62,010 nt of DNA from an uncultured Candidatus Peribacteria bacterium (GTDB taxonomy: Bacteria > Patescibacteriota > Gracilibacteria > UBA1369 > UBA12470), in contig CAZRWH010000001.1 in NCBI GenBank assembly GCA_964603905.1, forward strand, positions 3,146 to 65,155, in the 5' to 3' direction. The notes under the pieces are model-generated. The model searched no databases. It saw nothing but the letters and a program-made list of their open reading frames with translations, and was not told the origin of the DNA. Shown piece after piece: positions 25,545-34,848 of the stretch (position 1 is the stretch's first letter; the number at the start of each line of letters is the position of its first letter). Made by a program: the position numbers and the translations under genes.

Positions 25545-27368
25545 ATGTTCAATCTTCTTAACAACCTGGCGGAGAGGCTAAACATCAGGGTTTCTGTTAT
25601 TGTTTTGGTTGTTCTTTTGTTTTCTGTTTCTACTTTGCAGACGGTTGTTACAAATGGCGGATGTGCAGGGGATTGTTCAACTACGACAAGCGTAACTTTG
25701 ACTACAGACTCTACGGCACCTAATCTTCAGTTGGTTAATCCTCCAAGTGGTGCTTTGTGTGCTTCTACTTTTGAAATGGAAATTCTTTGTGAACGTCTCG
25801 CAACTGTTTATGTTAATGGTGCCAACATTGGTACTGTTCCTGGAGATGATGGGCTTATCAATCATACTGTTAGTCTTAATTATGGGATTAATTCTTTTTT
25901 GATTTACGCAATAGACTACTGGGGGAATCAAACTTCTGATTTGAATGTGTCTATTACTCGAAGATCTGATTGTGGTGATGGTGGTCCTGGAGGGGGAGGT
26001 GATGAGGGTCCTTATGGTGGAGGTGTGCCTGATCCTGGAGATGACCCTGACGATGATGACGACGATGATCCAGAGGAAGATCCTGCGGAAGAAGATGATG
26101 ATGACGAGCCTTCTTCAGATCCTGAAGAAGAGGAGGAAGAGTTGCCAGGGGACGAGCCTTCTTTAGATCCTGAAAAAGAAGATGAAGTTGTTGAAGAGGT
26201 ACAAGAAGAAGAGCCTGAAGTCGAGGTAGCTGATGAAGACCTTTATTCTTATTGGATTCCGTATTATCCAGAGGGCGAGCCTTTTGTTTATCATGATGCA
26301 GCTTCAACATGTACTGCGGGTTGTTTGGAGGCTTTGCAAGATTTGAAGCCAAAAGCTTATTTACAAGATTCTGACGATGATGGTATCTCAGATGCTTATG
26401 AGATGTTCTTGAGTTGTGGGGAGGATCTGGATGATATATCGGTTTCTGATAATGAACTTGGTTCTTGTAGTTATATTACCTATACGGACTCGGATGTTTA
26501 TGTGCGCGGACAGGCTTTGGATGAAACAACTAAGGTTGAATTTTATTTAAGTGACGATAATGGTGGATACGAATATCTTTCATCTGTTGTCCCTAATGAA
26601 AATGGCGAATTTTTCTTTAAACACCCTGCGTGGGTTGATGGAGTCTATGAGCTTGTAGCTCGAGAATATGACGAACAAAAGTTGTTGCGTGAATATGGGC
26701 ATTCAATTCGTGTTGATATAGATGAAGATGTTTATTTGGATGTTGATAATCTCCAATACGGAAAAGGGGATAATACAATTCCTATGCCACTTTTAGTTCA
26801 GACAAATGTTTTAGGAGCGGCAACACAACTCGTTTATCAAAACAATGCTAAGACATATATGATTGGAGAGACAGTTCCTATGTCTGAAGTTGTTGTTGTA
26901 TGGGATGAAGAGTCTGCTTTGATTAGCAGTGGCATTTCTGATGCTGATACTGGGCGTTTCAAAGTTGAGACACCTTCTACCTTGCCGATTGGTTTTTATA
27001 ATTCATATGTTTACAGTATTGATTTGAGTAATTGGTTTATGAGTAGCTTGGCGACAGTTCAGTTTGAGATAACAATTGTGGATAAAATAATTGGATTCTT
27101 TGTTGCTACTCAGCTTCTTTGTATTATTCAATGGATTCTTTATATTATCTTGGCTGTGTTGTTGCTTATTGAAAAAAACACAGAGCACAGGAGGCGGAAG
27201 TATACTATTGGTATTTTGACGCTGTTCTTTGTGGCATGGATTTTTTGGCCTGGATTATGGATTTGTAAGTATAGTTTGTGGCCGGTTGTTTTGGTTTTGG
27301 TTTTGTTAATTCTGAAATTTATTTATAAAAAACTTTTTAAGAAAGACCTGGATGATAAAAACAATTAA
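25545..27368 (+). CDS. membrane-anchored surface protein: Ig-like domain, poly-D/E/P tract, C-terminal multi-TM anchor
   Basis: 607 aa. N-terminal hydrophobic segment. GDDPDDDDDDDPEEDPAEEDDDDE tract. Three hydrophobic segments in the last 90 aa. Confidence 0.7.
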   Translation: MFNLLNNLAERLNIRVSVIVLVVLLFSVSTLQTVVTNGGCAGDCSTTTSVTLTTDSTAPNLQLVNPPSGALCASTFEMEILCERLATVYVNGANIGTVPGDDGLINHTVSLNYGINSFLIYAIDYWGNQTSDLNVSITRRSDCGDGGPGGGGDEGPYGGGVPDPGDDPDDDDDDDPEEDPAEEDDDDEPSSDPEEEEEELPGDEPSLDPEKEDEVVEEVQEEEPEVEVADEDLYSYWIPYYPEGEPFVYHDAASTCTAGCLEALQDLKPKAYLQDSDDDGISDAYEMFLSCGEDLDDISVSDNELGSCSYITYTDSDVYVRGQALDETTKVEFYLSDDNGGYEYLSSVVPNENGEFFFKHPAWVDGVYELVAREYDEQKLLREYGHSIRVDIDEDVYLDVDNLQYGKGDNTIPMPLLVQTNVLGAATQLVYQNNAKTYMIGETVPMSEVVVVWDEESALISSGISDADTGRFKVETPSTLPIGFYNSYVYSIDLSNWFMSSLATVQFEITIVDKIIGFFVATQLLCIIQWILYIILAVLLLIEKNTEHRRRKYTIGILTLFFVAWIFWPGLWICKYSLWPVVLVLVLLILKFIYKKLFKKDLDDKNN

Positions 27369-30300
27369 GAAAAACTTGGCGGTCTTGATGGTGCTATCCC
27401 TTGTTGTGATAGGAAGCTGTATTGTGCTTGCGAAAGGTAATGATGGTCTTAATATCGGTTTCGATGATTTGGATGATTTGGCTGAAGTTCAAGTGATTGT
27501 TCATAGTGGTTCTCAAGATCGTGTTTATGTTCGTGATGCTGTGTCTGTGACAAACCCTATTGTTTTTGATGGTTTTGATTCATTGAACAGGTTGCCGTAT
27601 TTGATCGAAGCTAATCTGTACGATTTCGATCATAATATAATTGGTTCTCATGAGAAGGTTGTAATTCCACTGAGCGAGGTCGCTATTGTGGTTGGGATTT
27701 TGATGGTGATTTTGGGGTTTGTTGCTTGTAAAGTTTGTAAATTAAGAATGTACTATGCTTTTATTTCGGGTCTTTTGGTTGTTTTTGCTGGTGTATTCCT
27801 GGTTGTGCCTGGAATTGATATCGAAGGGACAAATTATTCGGCCAATATCTCTGATTTATTGTTTATAGATGTTGTTGATGTTGAAGGTTCTATTAAAGAC
27901 CTAGAATCAGAGGAAGTTGTTGCCGATGTTGAAGTAGAAGCTGTTATTGAGGAAGTTCAGGAGGAAGAAGTTATCGAAGAAGAAGTAGTTGAAGAGGTGG
28001 TAGAGGATGTCGAAGTTTTGGATGTTCCTATAGCAGAAATAATTGAGGAAGAGAAAGAAGAGGTGATTGAAGTTGTGGATCTTGAAGAGGAAGAAGAACT
28101 TGAAGAAGAGGTGGTAGATGAAGATGAAGTTGTTTTAGAGGAAGAAGAGGTCGTGATTGAAGAAATTGAAGACGAAAAGAAAGAAGAGGAAGAAGAGGTG
28201 TTTGAGGCAAAGCTGTATGATGCTGTTGATATTGATGTGGATTCAGAAAGTCAGGCTGTGGTTGTTGCATTTACTGACGAGCAGATTGATGAGCTTTATG
28301 ACTTTGAAAAATGGGTTCCTGTATTAGAGTCGTTGGAGGATATGACGTGTTTATCTGCTTTGGATGATGCTTATGATCGTCGTGTTGCTTCAATTTTTGC
28401 TGGTGTAGAGGAGGAAACGGAGGAAGCCGTGGAGGAAGAAAATGAGGAAGAAGAGATTGAGGTTGAGGAAGTTGAAGACGAGGAACAGGAGATCGAAGAA
28501 GAAGAGGTTGAAGAGGAAGAAGAGATAGATTCTGACGTGAATTTTGAATTATGGATTCAGTGGCTTGAAGATGAAGAGGCTTGGTATACTTGGGATGATG
28601 AAGATGAGAGTTGGTATAAGTGGATTTATAATGAAGAGGTTTGGAATAGATGGAATGTAGAGGAAGAGTCTTGGGATGTTTGGAATTCTGAGCTTTTGGA
28701 ATGGATTGTTATTGAAGAGGAAGACGAACTTGAAGAAGAGGTGGCCGAGGAAGAAGAGGTTGTGATTGAAGAAATTGAAGAGGAGGAAGAAGAGGACACT
28801 CCTCAATGGCATGAATGGACTGGTGGAGGATGGGATTCTTGGCAGGAGTTGATGACAGAGGAAAAAGAGGAATTGAAAGAAGAATTGGATGAAGACGAAC
28901 AAGATGAGGAAGACGAGATCGAGGACAAAAAAACATGGTATAGATGGGGCGATCATGAAAGTTGGTCGTCATGGATTGAGCAAGAGGTTGAAGACGAGGA
29001 AGAGGAGGAGTCAAAACAATGGCATGAATGGCTAGAAGCGAAAAATGATTTAGAAGGAGATGCTGAAGAAGACGAGGAAGAGGAGGAAGAAGAGGCTATT
29101 AGGTCTTGGTATAAATGGGATGGTTCTGAGGATGCATGGTTTAGATGGAACGTTGAAGATGAGAAATGGGAGGAGATTGAAATTGAAGATACAAATAGTA
29201 TTGCCTATAAGTTAAAGAATAAGTTCTCTGCATGGGGGCAGGCTTCATTGTCCCAGTTTGACTTTAAAGGTATTAAGGACAGTGTCTTGCATCTTTGGGA
29301 TGCGTCTCAGGGGTCGGTTAGTCTTTTTGATTTCGATCTTTTGGCTGCTAGAGTTCCTTTGGAGGCAGAATTGTTTAAGAAAAATAAGGACAAAAACAAG
29401 GCAATGAATTATTTGTCGCCATGGGCTTATTCTGGTGATGATGAGGATGAAGATGATAATGATGATGACGACGATCGTGATGACGAGGAAGAAGAGAGTG
29501 AGGAGGATGAGGTTGAAGAAGTTGAAGACGAAGAACAAGAGATCGAAGAAGAGAATGAGGCTGATGAGGAGGCTGTTGTTGAGACGGAAGAATCAGATGA
29601 ACTAAATGAAACTGAGGAAGAGGTTGTTGTTACTGAGGAGAAGGACGACGATAAGCAGGATGAGGATGAAGAAGAAAAAGAAGACGAATTGGTATTGCCG
29701 ATTGTATCGATTTTTGAGCCTGAGAGTTGGGTAGTTGGCAATCTTGAATCGTTTGAGGATCTTGACTCTTCGTTTGGTGTTCTTGATGACATGGATAAAT
29801 GTATTTCTATATTCTCTTATATTTCTGAAGGGGAATACGAGGAGTTTTTGGAGAGTTGGCTTGATTCTAAGTTGTCGGCTGCTAGAGCTATTGCTGAAGA
29901 GGAAACTTCCAAAGCACAAGAAAAGAAGATCTTGGTTAGAAGTGTGGATGATATTGTTGTAGAGAACGTTGTTATTACTCCTAATAACCCTAATTTAGAT
30001 TCGACTTTGGCGCTGGATTACATTGTGACAAACGTTGATAGTCACCCTGGTCTTTCGTTTGACTACACTTGGCAGCGAAAGAATAATTCTGGTCAATACT
30101 ATGAGATGGCATATGTTAAGAGCTCTGAAATTAAGCAGGATTTGATGAAGCCTAAATTCAAAAATATTCCTTATGGTTATGATGTGAAACGATACGAGCT
30201 TGGTTTCGATTTTGAATTTTATGGAGATGTTTATAATTCAATATATATATCCCCTGAAGGCTATGCTAGTTTCCATGACTTGTCTTCTGTTTTGGACTTT

Positions 30301-31251
30301 GAAGAAGGGCAACAATCGGTTATTGCTCCTTGGATGCCTGTTGATAGTTCTAAGATAGATTTTGATAAATCTTACTACCAAGTTAAATTGTCTGACGATG
30401 AGGATGGCAACCAGGCTTTGGTTTATTGGTCTATAGCATTGCTTGATGAGAAAAAAGAGATTGAGGTATATCTTTATTTGCTTGAAGACGAAAACTTGAT
30501 GATTTTTGAATATGACACTCTTCCTGACTCTCTTGATAGCAAGGACATTTACTCAGGTGTTCAGGATTATGGTAAAAAGCTTGCTGTAGGTGATGATGTC
30601 GAGATCTCCTATTTAGGGGTTTTCTCCAAAAAGAAATCTGTTGTTATTACTCCTTATTCTCGATTTGACGATATTGTTGGTGAAAGAGGGCCGACTCTTA
30701 ATCAGTCTCTTCAGGACGGTTACACTTATAGATTAAAAGTTGTTCCTTATCTTAATAATTTCTACGGAGAGGAAGGGTATTCGCGAGAGGTTACTGTTGT
30801 TGATTATGGTGGTGATGTTGATAATGAGTCTTGCAGTGGGTATACCAATGTTTGGTATTTCTTAGGGCCGGCTAGTTTTCATACTTATCCTGATGATGTT
30901 CCTGTTGTTTCCAAGGAGTCAGATCAGATGTTGCATATGGATTTAATTGAATACTTTGGCGAAGAAGAACTAAAAAATATGTCTAGTCTTTATCTTAGGA
31001 TAGATTCATTTGATTCTCGTGACGGTGGTTATTCTTTGGATTCGTCGGCTTTTTATTTGGAAGTTGCTGGTGTTGTCGAGTCTCCTGATGTTTACCATGG
31101 CGTTAAGTATTATGAGATTGATTTAACACCATATTCGGTTTATGGATTGCCTTTGCCGACTATGGAGGTGTTTATGACTTTGCCGGCGGATGCTCCTTCG
31201 GGGGTCTATGACTTCTATGCTTATAGTAATATTTATTATATTGAGGAATGA
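27352..31251 (+). CDS. giant hyper-acidic surface protein with WxxW decapeptide repeats and a non-acidic C-terminal region of about 430 aa
   Basis: 1299 aa. Signal/anchor plus two TM segments. E/V/D repeat tracts. W-x2-W-x6 periodicity. Its start overlaps the upstream gene by 17 nt and its stop overlaps the next ATG (ATGA). Confidence 0.75.
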   Translation: MIKTIKKNLAVLMVLSLVVIGSCIVLAKGNDGLNIGFDDLDDLAEVQVIVHSGSQDRVYVRDAVSVTNPIVFDGFDSLNRLPYLIEANLYDFDHNIIGSHEKVVIPLSEVAIVVGILMVILGFVACKVCKLRMYYAFISGLLVVFAGVFLVVPGIDIEGTNYSANISDLLFIDVVDVEGSIKDLESEEVVADVEVEAVIEEVQEEEVIEEEVVEEVVEDVEVLDVPIAEIIEEEKEEVIEVVDLEEEEELEEEVVDEDEVVLEEEEVVIEEIEDEKKEEEEEVFEAKLYDAVDIDVDSESQAVVVAFTDEQIDELYDFEKWVPVLESLEDMTCLSALDDAYDRRVASIFAGVEEETEEAVEEENEEEEIEVEEVEDEEQEIEEEEVEEEEEIDSDVNFELWIQWLEDEEAWYTWDDEDESWYKWIYNEEVWNRWNVEEESWDVWNSELLEWIVIEEEDELEEEVAEEEEVVIEEIEEEEEEDTPQWHEWTGGGWDSWQELMTEEKEELKEELDEDEQDEEDEIEDKKTWYRWGDHESWSSWIEQEVEDEEEEESKQWHEWLEAKNDLEGDAEEDEEEEEEEAIRSWYKWDGSEDAWFRWNVEDEKWEEIEIEDTNSIAYKLKNKFSAWGQASLSQFDFKGIKDSVLHLWDASQGSVSLFDFDLLAARVPLEAELFKKNKDKNKAMNYLSPWAYSGDDEDEDDNDDDDDRDDEEEESEEDEVEEVEDEEQEIEEENEADEEAVVETEESDELNETEEEVVVTEEKDDDKQDEDEEEKEDELVLPIVSIFEPESWVVGNLESFEDLDSSFGVLDDMDKCISIFSYISEGEYEEFLESWLDSKLSAARAIAEEETSKAQEKKILVRSVDDIVVENVVITPNNPNLDSTLALDYIVTNVDSHPGLSFDYTWQRKNNSGQYYEMAYVKSSEIKQDLMKPKFKNIPYGYDVKRYELGFDFEFYGDVYNSIYISPEGYASFHDLSSVLDFEEGQQSVIAPWMPVDSSKIDFDKSYYQVKLSDDEDGNQALVYWSIALLDEKKEIEVYLYLLEDENLMIFEYDTLPDSLDSKDIYSGVQDYGKKLAVGDDVEISYLGVFSKKKSVVITPYSRFDDIVGERGPTLNQSLQDGYTYRLKVVPYLNNFYGEEGYSREVTVVDYGGDVDNESCSGYTNVWYFLGPASFHTYPDDVPVVSKESDQMLHMDLIEYFGEEELKNMSSLYLRIDSFDSRDGGYSLDSSAFYLEVAGVVESPDVYHGVKYYEIDLTPYSVYGLPLPTMEVFMTLPADAPSGVYDFYAYSNIYYIEE

Positions 31252-31829
31252 TTATAAAAAAATTACAATTTGGTGTGTCTTTGATTGCGGCGAGTATTAT
31301 TCTAATTATTGTGTTGTCTTCTGTGGCTACGGCGGGCACCTGTGTTGGGGCAGGGTATTTGATGATTACTTCTTCTCCTTCTGTTGAGAATTTCGATGAA
31401 AGTTTATCAACTTCTGCTGCTGACGTGATTATTGAGCACGTGTTCACAAGTCCTATTGAGGTTGAGGATTCGCGTGCTGAAACTCTTGGATTTGTATTGA
31501 GTATGCATGCTACAGATTTTCAGGATATTTCTGGAGAGACTAATGACACGATTACGGTTGATAATTTATATGTTATGACGGATTCCGATAATATCCTTGA
31601 ATATGATGACCCTTGTGATGACGGGACGGGTATATCTTTGTCTTGTAGTACTTATACTGCGTTTAGCGATTCTAATCAGGATGGCCTTTCGGATGACTTA
31701 GTCATTTTGGAAGGGGATGTAAGGGCGCGCGTTGGGTATTACACTATTTATCCTAAAATCAAATTGGTTGTGCCTGGTGGGACATTAAGTGGGACTTTTA
31801 GTACGACTTTGACTTATACTCTTATGTAA
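31248..31829 (+). CDS. WxL-like secreted surface protein (C-terminal ...TLTYTLM)
   Basis: 193 aa. N-terminal hydrophobic segment. VEDSRAETLGFVL and LVVPGGTLSGTFSTTLTYTL resemble the WxL-domain blocks, with Y in place of W. Confidence 0.55.
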   Translation: MIIKKLQFGVSLIAASIILIIVLSSVATAGTCVGAGYLMITSSPSVENFDESLSTSAADVIIEHVFTSPIEVEDSRAETLGFVLSMHATDFQDISGETNDTITVDNLYVMTDSDNILEYDDPCDDGTGISLSCSTYTAFSDSNQDGLSDDLVILEGDVRARVGYYTIYPKIKLVVPGGTLSGTFSTTLTYTLM

Positions 31830-31868
31830 AAAAAGAGCCATCACTACAATTCATGATGACTCTTTTAA
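31828..31868. terminator. bidirectional terminator between convergent surface operons
   Basis: AGAGCCATCA...TGATGACTCT (9 of 10 bp) flanked by an A-run and a T-run. Confidence 0.5.
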
Positions 31869-31887
31869 ATGTTGTAAATGTATTTCC

Positions 31888-32544
31888 TTAGTCTTTTTTG
31901 TTAGTGAAAGCGATAATCATTGCTGCAATAAGAATTATTGCGAGTGCACCTACGTACTTTGTGTAGCTTCTTTCGCTGTTTAGTTCCATTTCTTCTTCTA
32001 CTTGGTCCATTACTCCATATCGCTCTTCTTTGAATTCTTTGAACTCGTCTTCTGTTACAACTTGTATTAGTATTGTTTTCCCCATCTTTACTACTGATGT
32101 TACGCCTGATCCTGCTGTCGATCCTGTGTCTTCATTGTAATATCTTGCGAATACTCCTCCGTAATAATCTCCCAAAGGTGTATCTGCTGGGATGTCGAAA
32201 TCTAGTCTTACTACTGCCGTTTCGTTCCCACCGACGCTTACGATTTCTTCTTCAAGTTGTCCCCATAAGTTTACTTCTTTTGCAGGCTCGTCTTCATGGA
32301 CCATTGTAGGGACATTGGATATCGCGTTTAATTCTCCGGTTGAGTGTTGCAGGTTTAGATAGAAAGATTTTACTTCTTCGTCGTTGTTGCTTAATAAGAA
32401 CTCTGTATACATTGATTCCCCTGGTGCGATTTTTAGGGTCATTGGTCCCACGTCGTCATATATTGAGCTGACGCTGAAAGTACCTGCTAGTGCGGTTCCA
32501 GCTGTTAATACTGATAGCAGTAATGCTGTGAGTAATTTTTTCAT
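31888..32544 (-). CDS. DUF916-like cell-surface protein with C-terminal TM anchor
   Basis: 218 aa. Signal peptide. LWGQ...VRLDFDIPADTPLGDYYGGVF signature. C-terminal TM YVGALAIILIAAMIIAF. Confidence 0.5.
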   Translation of the reverse strand: MKKLLTALLLSVLTAGTALAGTFSVSSIYDDVGPMTLKIAPGESMYTEFLLSNNDEEVKSFYLNLQHSTGELNAISNVPTMVHEDEPAKEVNLWGQLEEEIVSVGGNETAVVRLDFDIPADTPLGDYYGGVFARYYNEDTGSTAGSGVTSVVKMGKTILIQVVTEDEFKEFKEERYGVMDQVEEEMELNSERSYTKYVGALAIILIAAMIIAFTNKKD

Positions 32545-32557
32545 TTTTTTGTTTTGG

Positions 32558-33211
32558 TTATTTTTTATTTGGGTCGTAAAGCTGCAATAGTAATATTACG
32601 ATTAAGGCCGATACAGTAGTGGTTACTATCATTAGCATATATTGTGCTGTTTTGTCGCGGTCCCAGCCTCCTGTGTATTTTGCTAGTTCATTTGGTGTTT
32701 CGGTGACAGTAATTATTACTTGGGACACCATTCTAACTTGGGATACGACTTGGCTTTTCCCTTCTTCTACTGTTGGGACGTTTGTAGTAGAGATACCCCC
32801 GTAATATTTTCCGACAGGTGTGTTTTCTGGGACTTCAATTGTGAAATTTAAAATTACTTCCTCTTTCTTTTCAAGTTCTATACTGTTTTGGTCAAAGCTG
32901 ATCCATGTGCCAACTTCTTCTGGCTTTTGTTCATTTGCATCAGGGGTGAATTTACTGTTGTCTAGTGTTGCGTCGATACCTTGTATTTCTATGTATTTTT
33001 CTGAGTCAGGTCCATTTTCGATTAATATAGAGTCTTGAATTGTTGTGCCGGGTGCAATCTCATGTATGAAGGATCTTGGTGATTCCATGTTTGGTATTGC
33101 TGGTGCTACTGCAAATCCGGTACTTATGTCAAACTTTGTTATTTCGTAATATATTGCACCTATTAGGACAAGATCTAACAGTATTAAAAGTGCTATTATT
33201 TTTTTGAGCAT
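32558..33211 (-). CDS. DUF916-like cell-surface protein with C-terminal TM anchor (paralogue)
   Basis: 217 aa. TWISF...ILNFTIEVPENTPVGKYYGGIS. C-terminal TM. Confidence 0.5.
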   Translation of the reverse strand: MLKKIIALLILLDLVLIGAIYYEITKFDISTGFAVAPAIPNMESPRSFIHEIAPGTTIQDSILIENGPDSEKYIEIQGIDATLDNSKFTPDANEQKPEEVGTWISFDQNSIELEKKEEVILNFTIEVPENTPVGKYYGGISTTNVPTVEEGKSQVVSQVRMVSQVIITVTETPNELAKYTGGWDRDKTAQYMLMIVTTTVSALIVILLLQLYDPNKK

Positions 33212-33213
33212 AA

Positions 33214-34329
33214 TTATTTAACTTTTACGTTTGGAATTATGATTGTAGTCCCTTTCATTACGAAGTATGGGGGTTTGATTTTGTTCATTTTGGATAATAG
33301 TTTCCAGTCAACTCCTTTTGATAGAGCGATATCCATTAGGTTCTCATTTTTCTTTGCTGTGTATTTTTTCCCTTCTGCAAGTAGTTTCTTCATTTTTGCC
33401 TCCTTGATGTATAAGAATGCAAATGCAATTAGGAATGCTAAGATGCTAACAATGGTTTCAACTATTGGTAGTATGATGAATGTTACGCTTTTGGACTCTG
33501 TCTTAATGGTTGATGGATCAATATCTCCTATTATTTTAGCTCTGTAGTATTCGAAGTCTATTTTTGTAGAAAGAAGACCTGCAACTGGCACTTTGTCAAG
33601 TTTTATTGACTGTATGTTCGTATCTCCAGGTGTTATTTGGCTAAGTGAATTCTCTTGCTCTCCGATTGTGAATACGAACAGGTTTTTTGTTGTTAGCTTT
33701 GCATCAAGTCCAACGTTTACATTCCCATTATTCTCTGTGTATATGTCTATAACGTGTGATCCTTCTTCGTTTTTTGAGTGTTTAATGCTTTGGATTGCAA
33801 AATCCCATACTTCTTCTCCTGTTACGGTTACGTAAAGTCTCTTCCCAATGTTAACGACACTTACTGTCCCCGAAGCAGCTATGCCGGTGCTTTCTATTAC
33901 GGCAGGTTGTATTAGTATTCCTCCGACATAATCACCAGGGCTTGCGTTTTCTGGTACTGTTATGCTGAAGCAACTTTCTATATTTGTTTCAGCTGGTACA
34001 TCTAGTATTGTTTCTTCAGTATGGAACCATGCGCCTATGTGGTTTTTTTCGTCATCTGCCTTCTCCAGCGCAAAGTTGCCACTATCTGTTATTACGCTGT
34101 CTACGCCGTCGACTTTTACTGATTGTAACTCCTCTTTAAGATTTGACAGTACAAAACAGTCCTCGATTGTTTCTCCCGGATCAAGTTCGAATGCAAATTG
34201 TGTTCCGCTTGCTCTTTCAATGTTTTTTGATGCTCCGATCCCCATTTTTTCTTGTCCGTGCGCAAGAGGTATTAGTAGGATTGAGAGCATTGTTGCAAGT
34301 GCAATGCTTGCCGTTATTTTTTTTGACAT
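33214..34329 (-). CDS. DUF916-like surface protein with TM segment and C-terminal LysM domain
   Basis: 371 aa. AWFH...CFSITVPENASPGDYVGGIL. TM FIILPIVETIVSILAFLIAFAFLYI. LysM-like YTAKKNENLMDIALSKGVDWKLLSKMNKIKPPYFVMKGTTIIIP. Confidence 0.55.
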   Translation of the reverse strand: MSKKITASIALATMLSILLIPLAHGQEKMGIGASKNIERASGTQFAFELDPGETIEDCFVLSNLKEELQSVKVDGVDSVITDSGNFALEKADDEKNHIGAWFHTEETILDVPAETNIESCFSITVPENASPGDYVGGILIQPAVIESTGIAASGTVSVVNIGKRLYVTVTGEEVWDFAIQSIKHSKNEEGSHVIDIYTENNGNVNVGLDAKLTTKNLFVFTIGEQENSLSQITPGDTNIQSIKLDKVPVAGLLSTKIDFEYYRAKIIGDIDPSTIKTESKSVTFIILPIVETIVSILAFLIAFAFLYIKEAKMKKLLAEGKKYTAKKNENLMDIALSKGVDWKLLSKMNKIKPPYFVMKGTTIIIPNVKVK

Positions 34330-34371
34330 GGTTTTTTGTTATTTGTTTTTATTTTTAAATTGAAAGAGGTC

Positions 34372-34638
34372 TTATTCGATTGTTAGCTCTAATAATGTTT
34401 GTACCCCTTGAGATTCGTATATTTCCCCTTTTTCTGGGTCCTCTGTTAGAACGAATATCTCTGTCTCAGTGTCTTCTTCTGTCTCAGTGTCAGTGACTTC
34501 GGTTGTTGTATCTTCAAAGATGTTTTGTATGTTTGTTTGTAGGTTCTCTGAAGAGTCTGTCATGCTCGCTTTGACCAATACTAGAGAAGAAAACAGTAGT
34601 ATCGATATCAGCAGGCTTAGCAGTAATGCTTTTTTCAT
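34372..34638 (-). CDS. small acidic secreted protein
   Basis: 88 aa. Signal peptide followed by a T/E/D-rich tract. Confidence 0.5.
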   Translation of the reverse strand: MKKALLLSLLISILLFSSLVLVKASMTDSSENLQTNIQNIFEDTTTEVTDTETEEDTETEIFVLTEDPEKGEIYESQGVQTLLELTIE

Positions 34639-34740
34639 GGCTGATGGTGGTTATAGGTTAAAATGCTCAGCACAGTAGATATACATGACCTGGTGGTATT
34701 TTTCAACCTAAAGTTTAGGTTTGGCATCTCTTTAAATGAA

Positions 34741-34774
34741 AAGGACACCCTGCTATAAATAGTAAGGTGTCCTT
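34741..34774. terminator. hairpin downstream of the WxL-like gene
   Basis: AAGGACACC...GGTGTCCTT (9 bp) with U-rich flanks on both strands. Confidence 0.45.
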
Positions 34775-34848
34775 TGTTTGTTTTCTAAGTTTGTCCGTCT
34801 CGTTTTTTGGCCTTAAGGCCAGTTTTGATTTACAATTAATCTTGTTGA

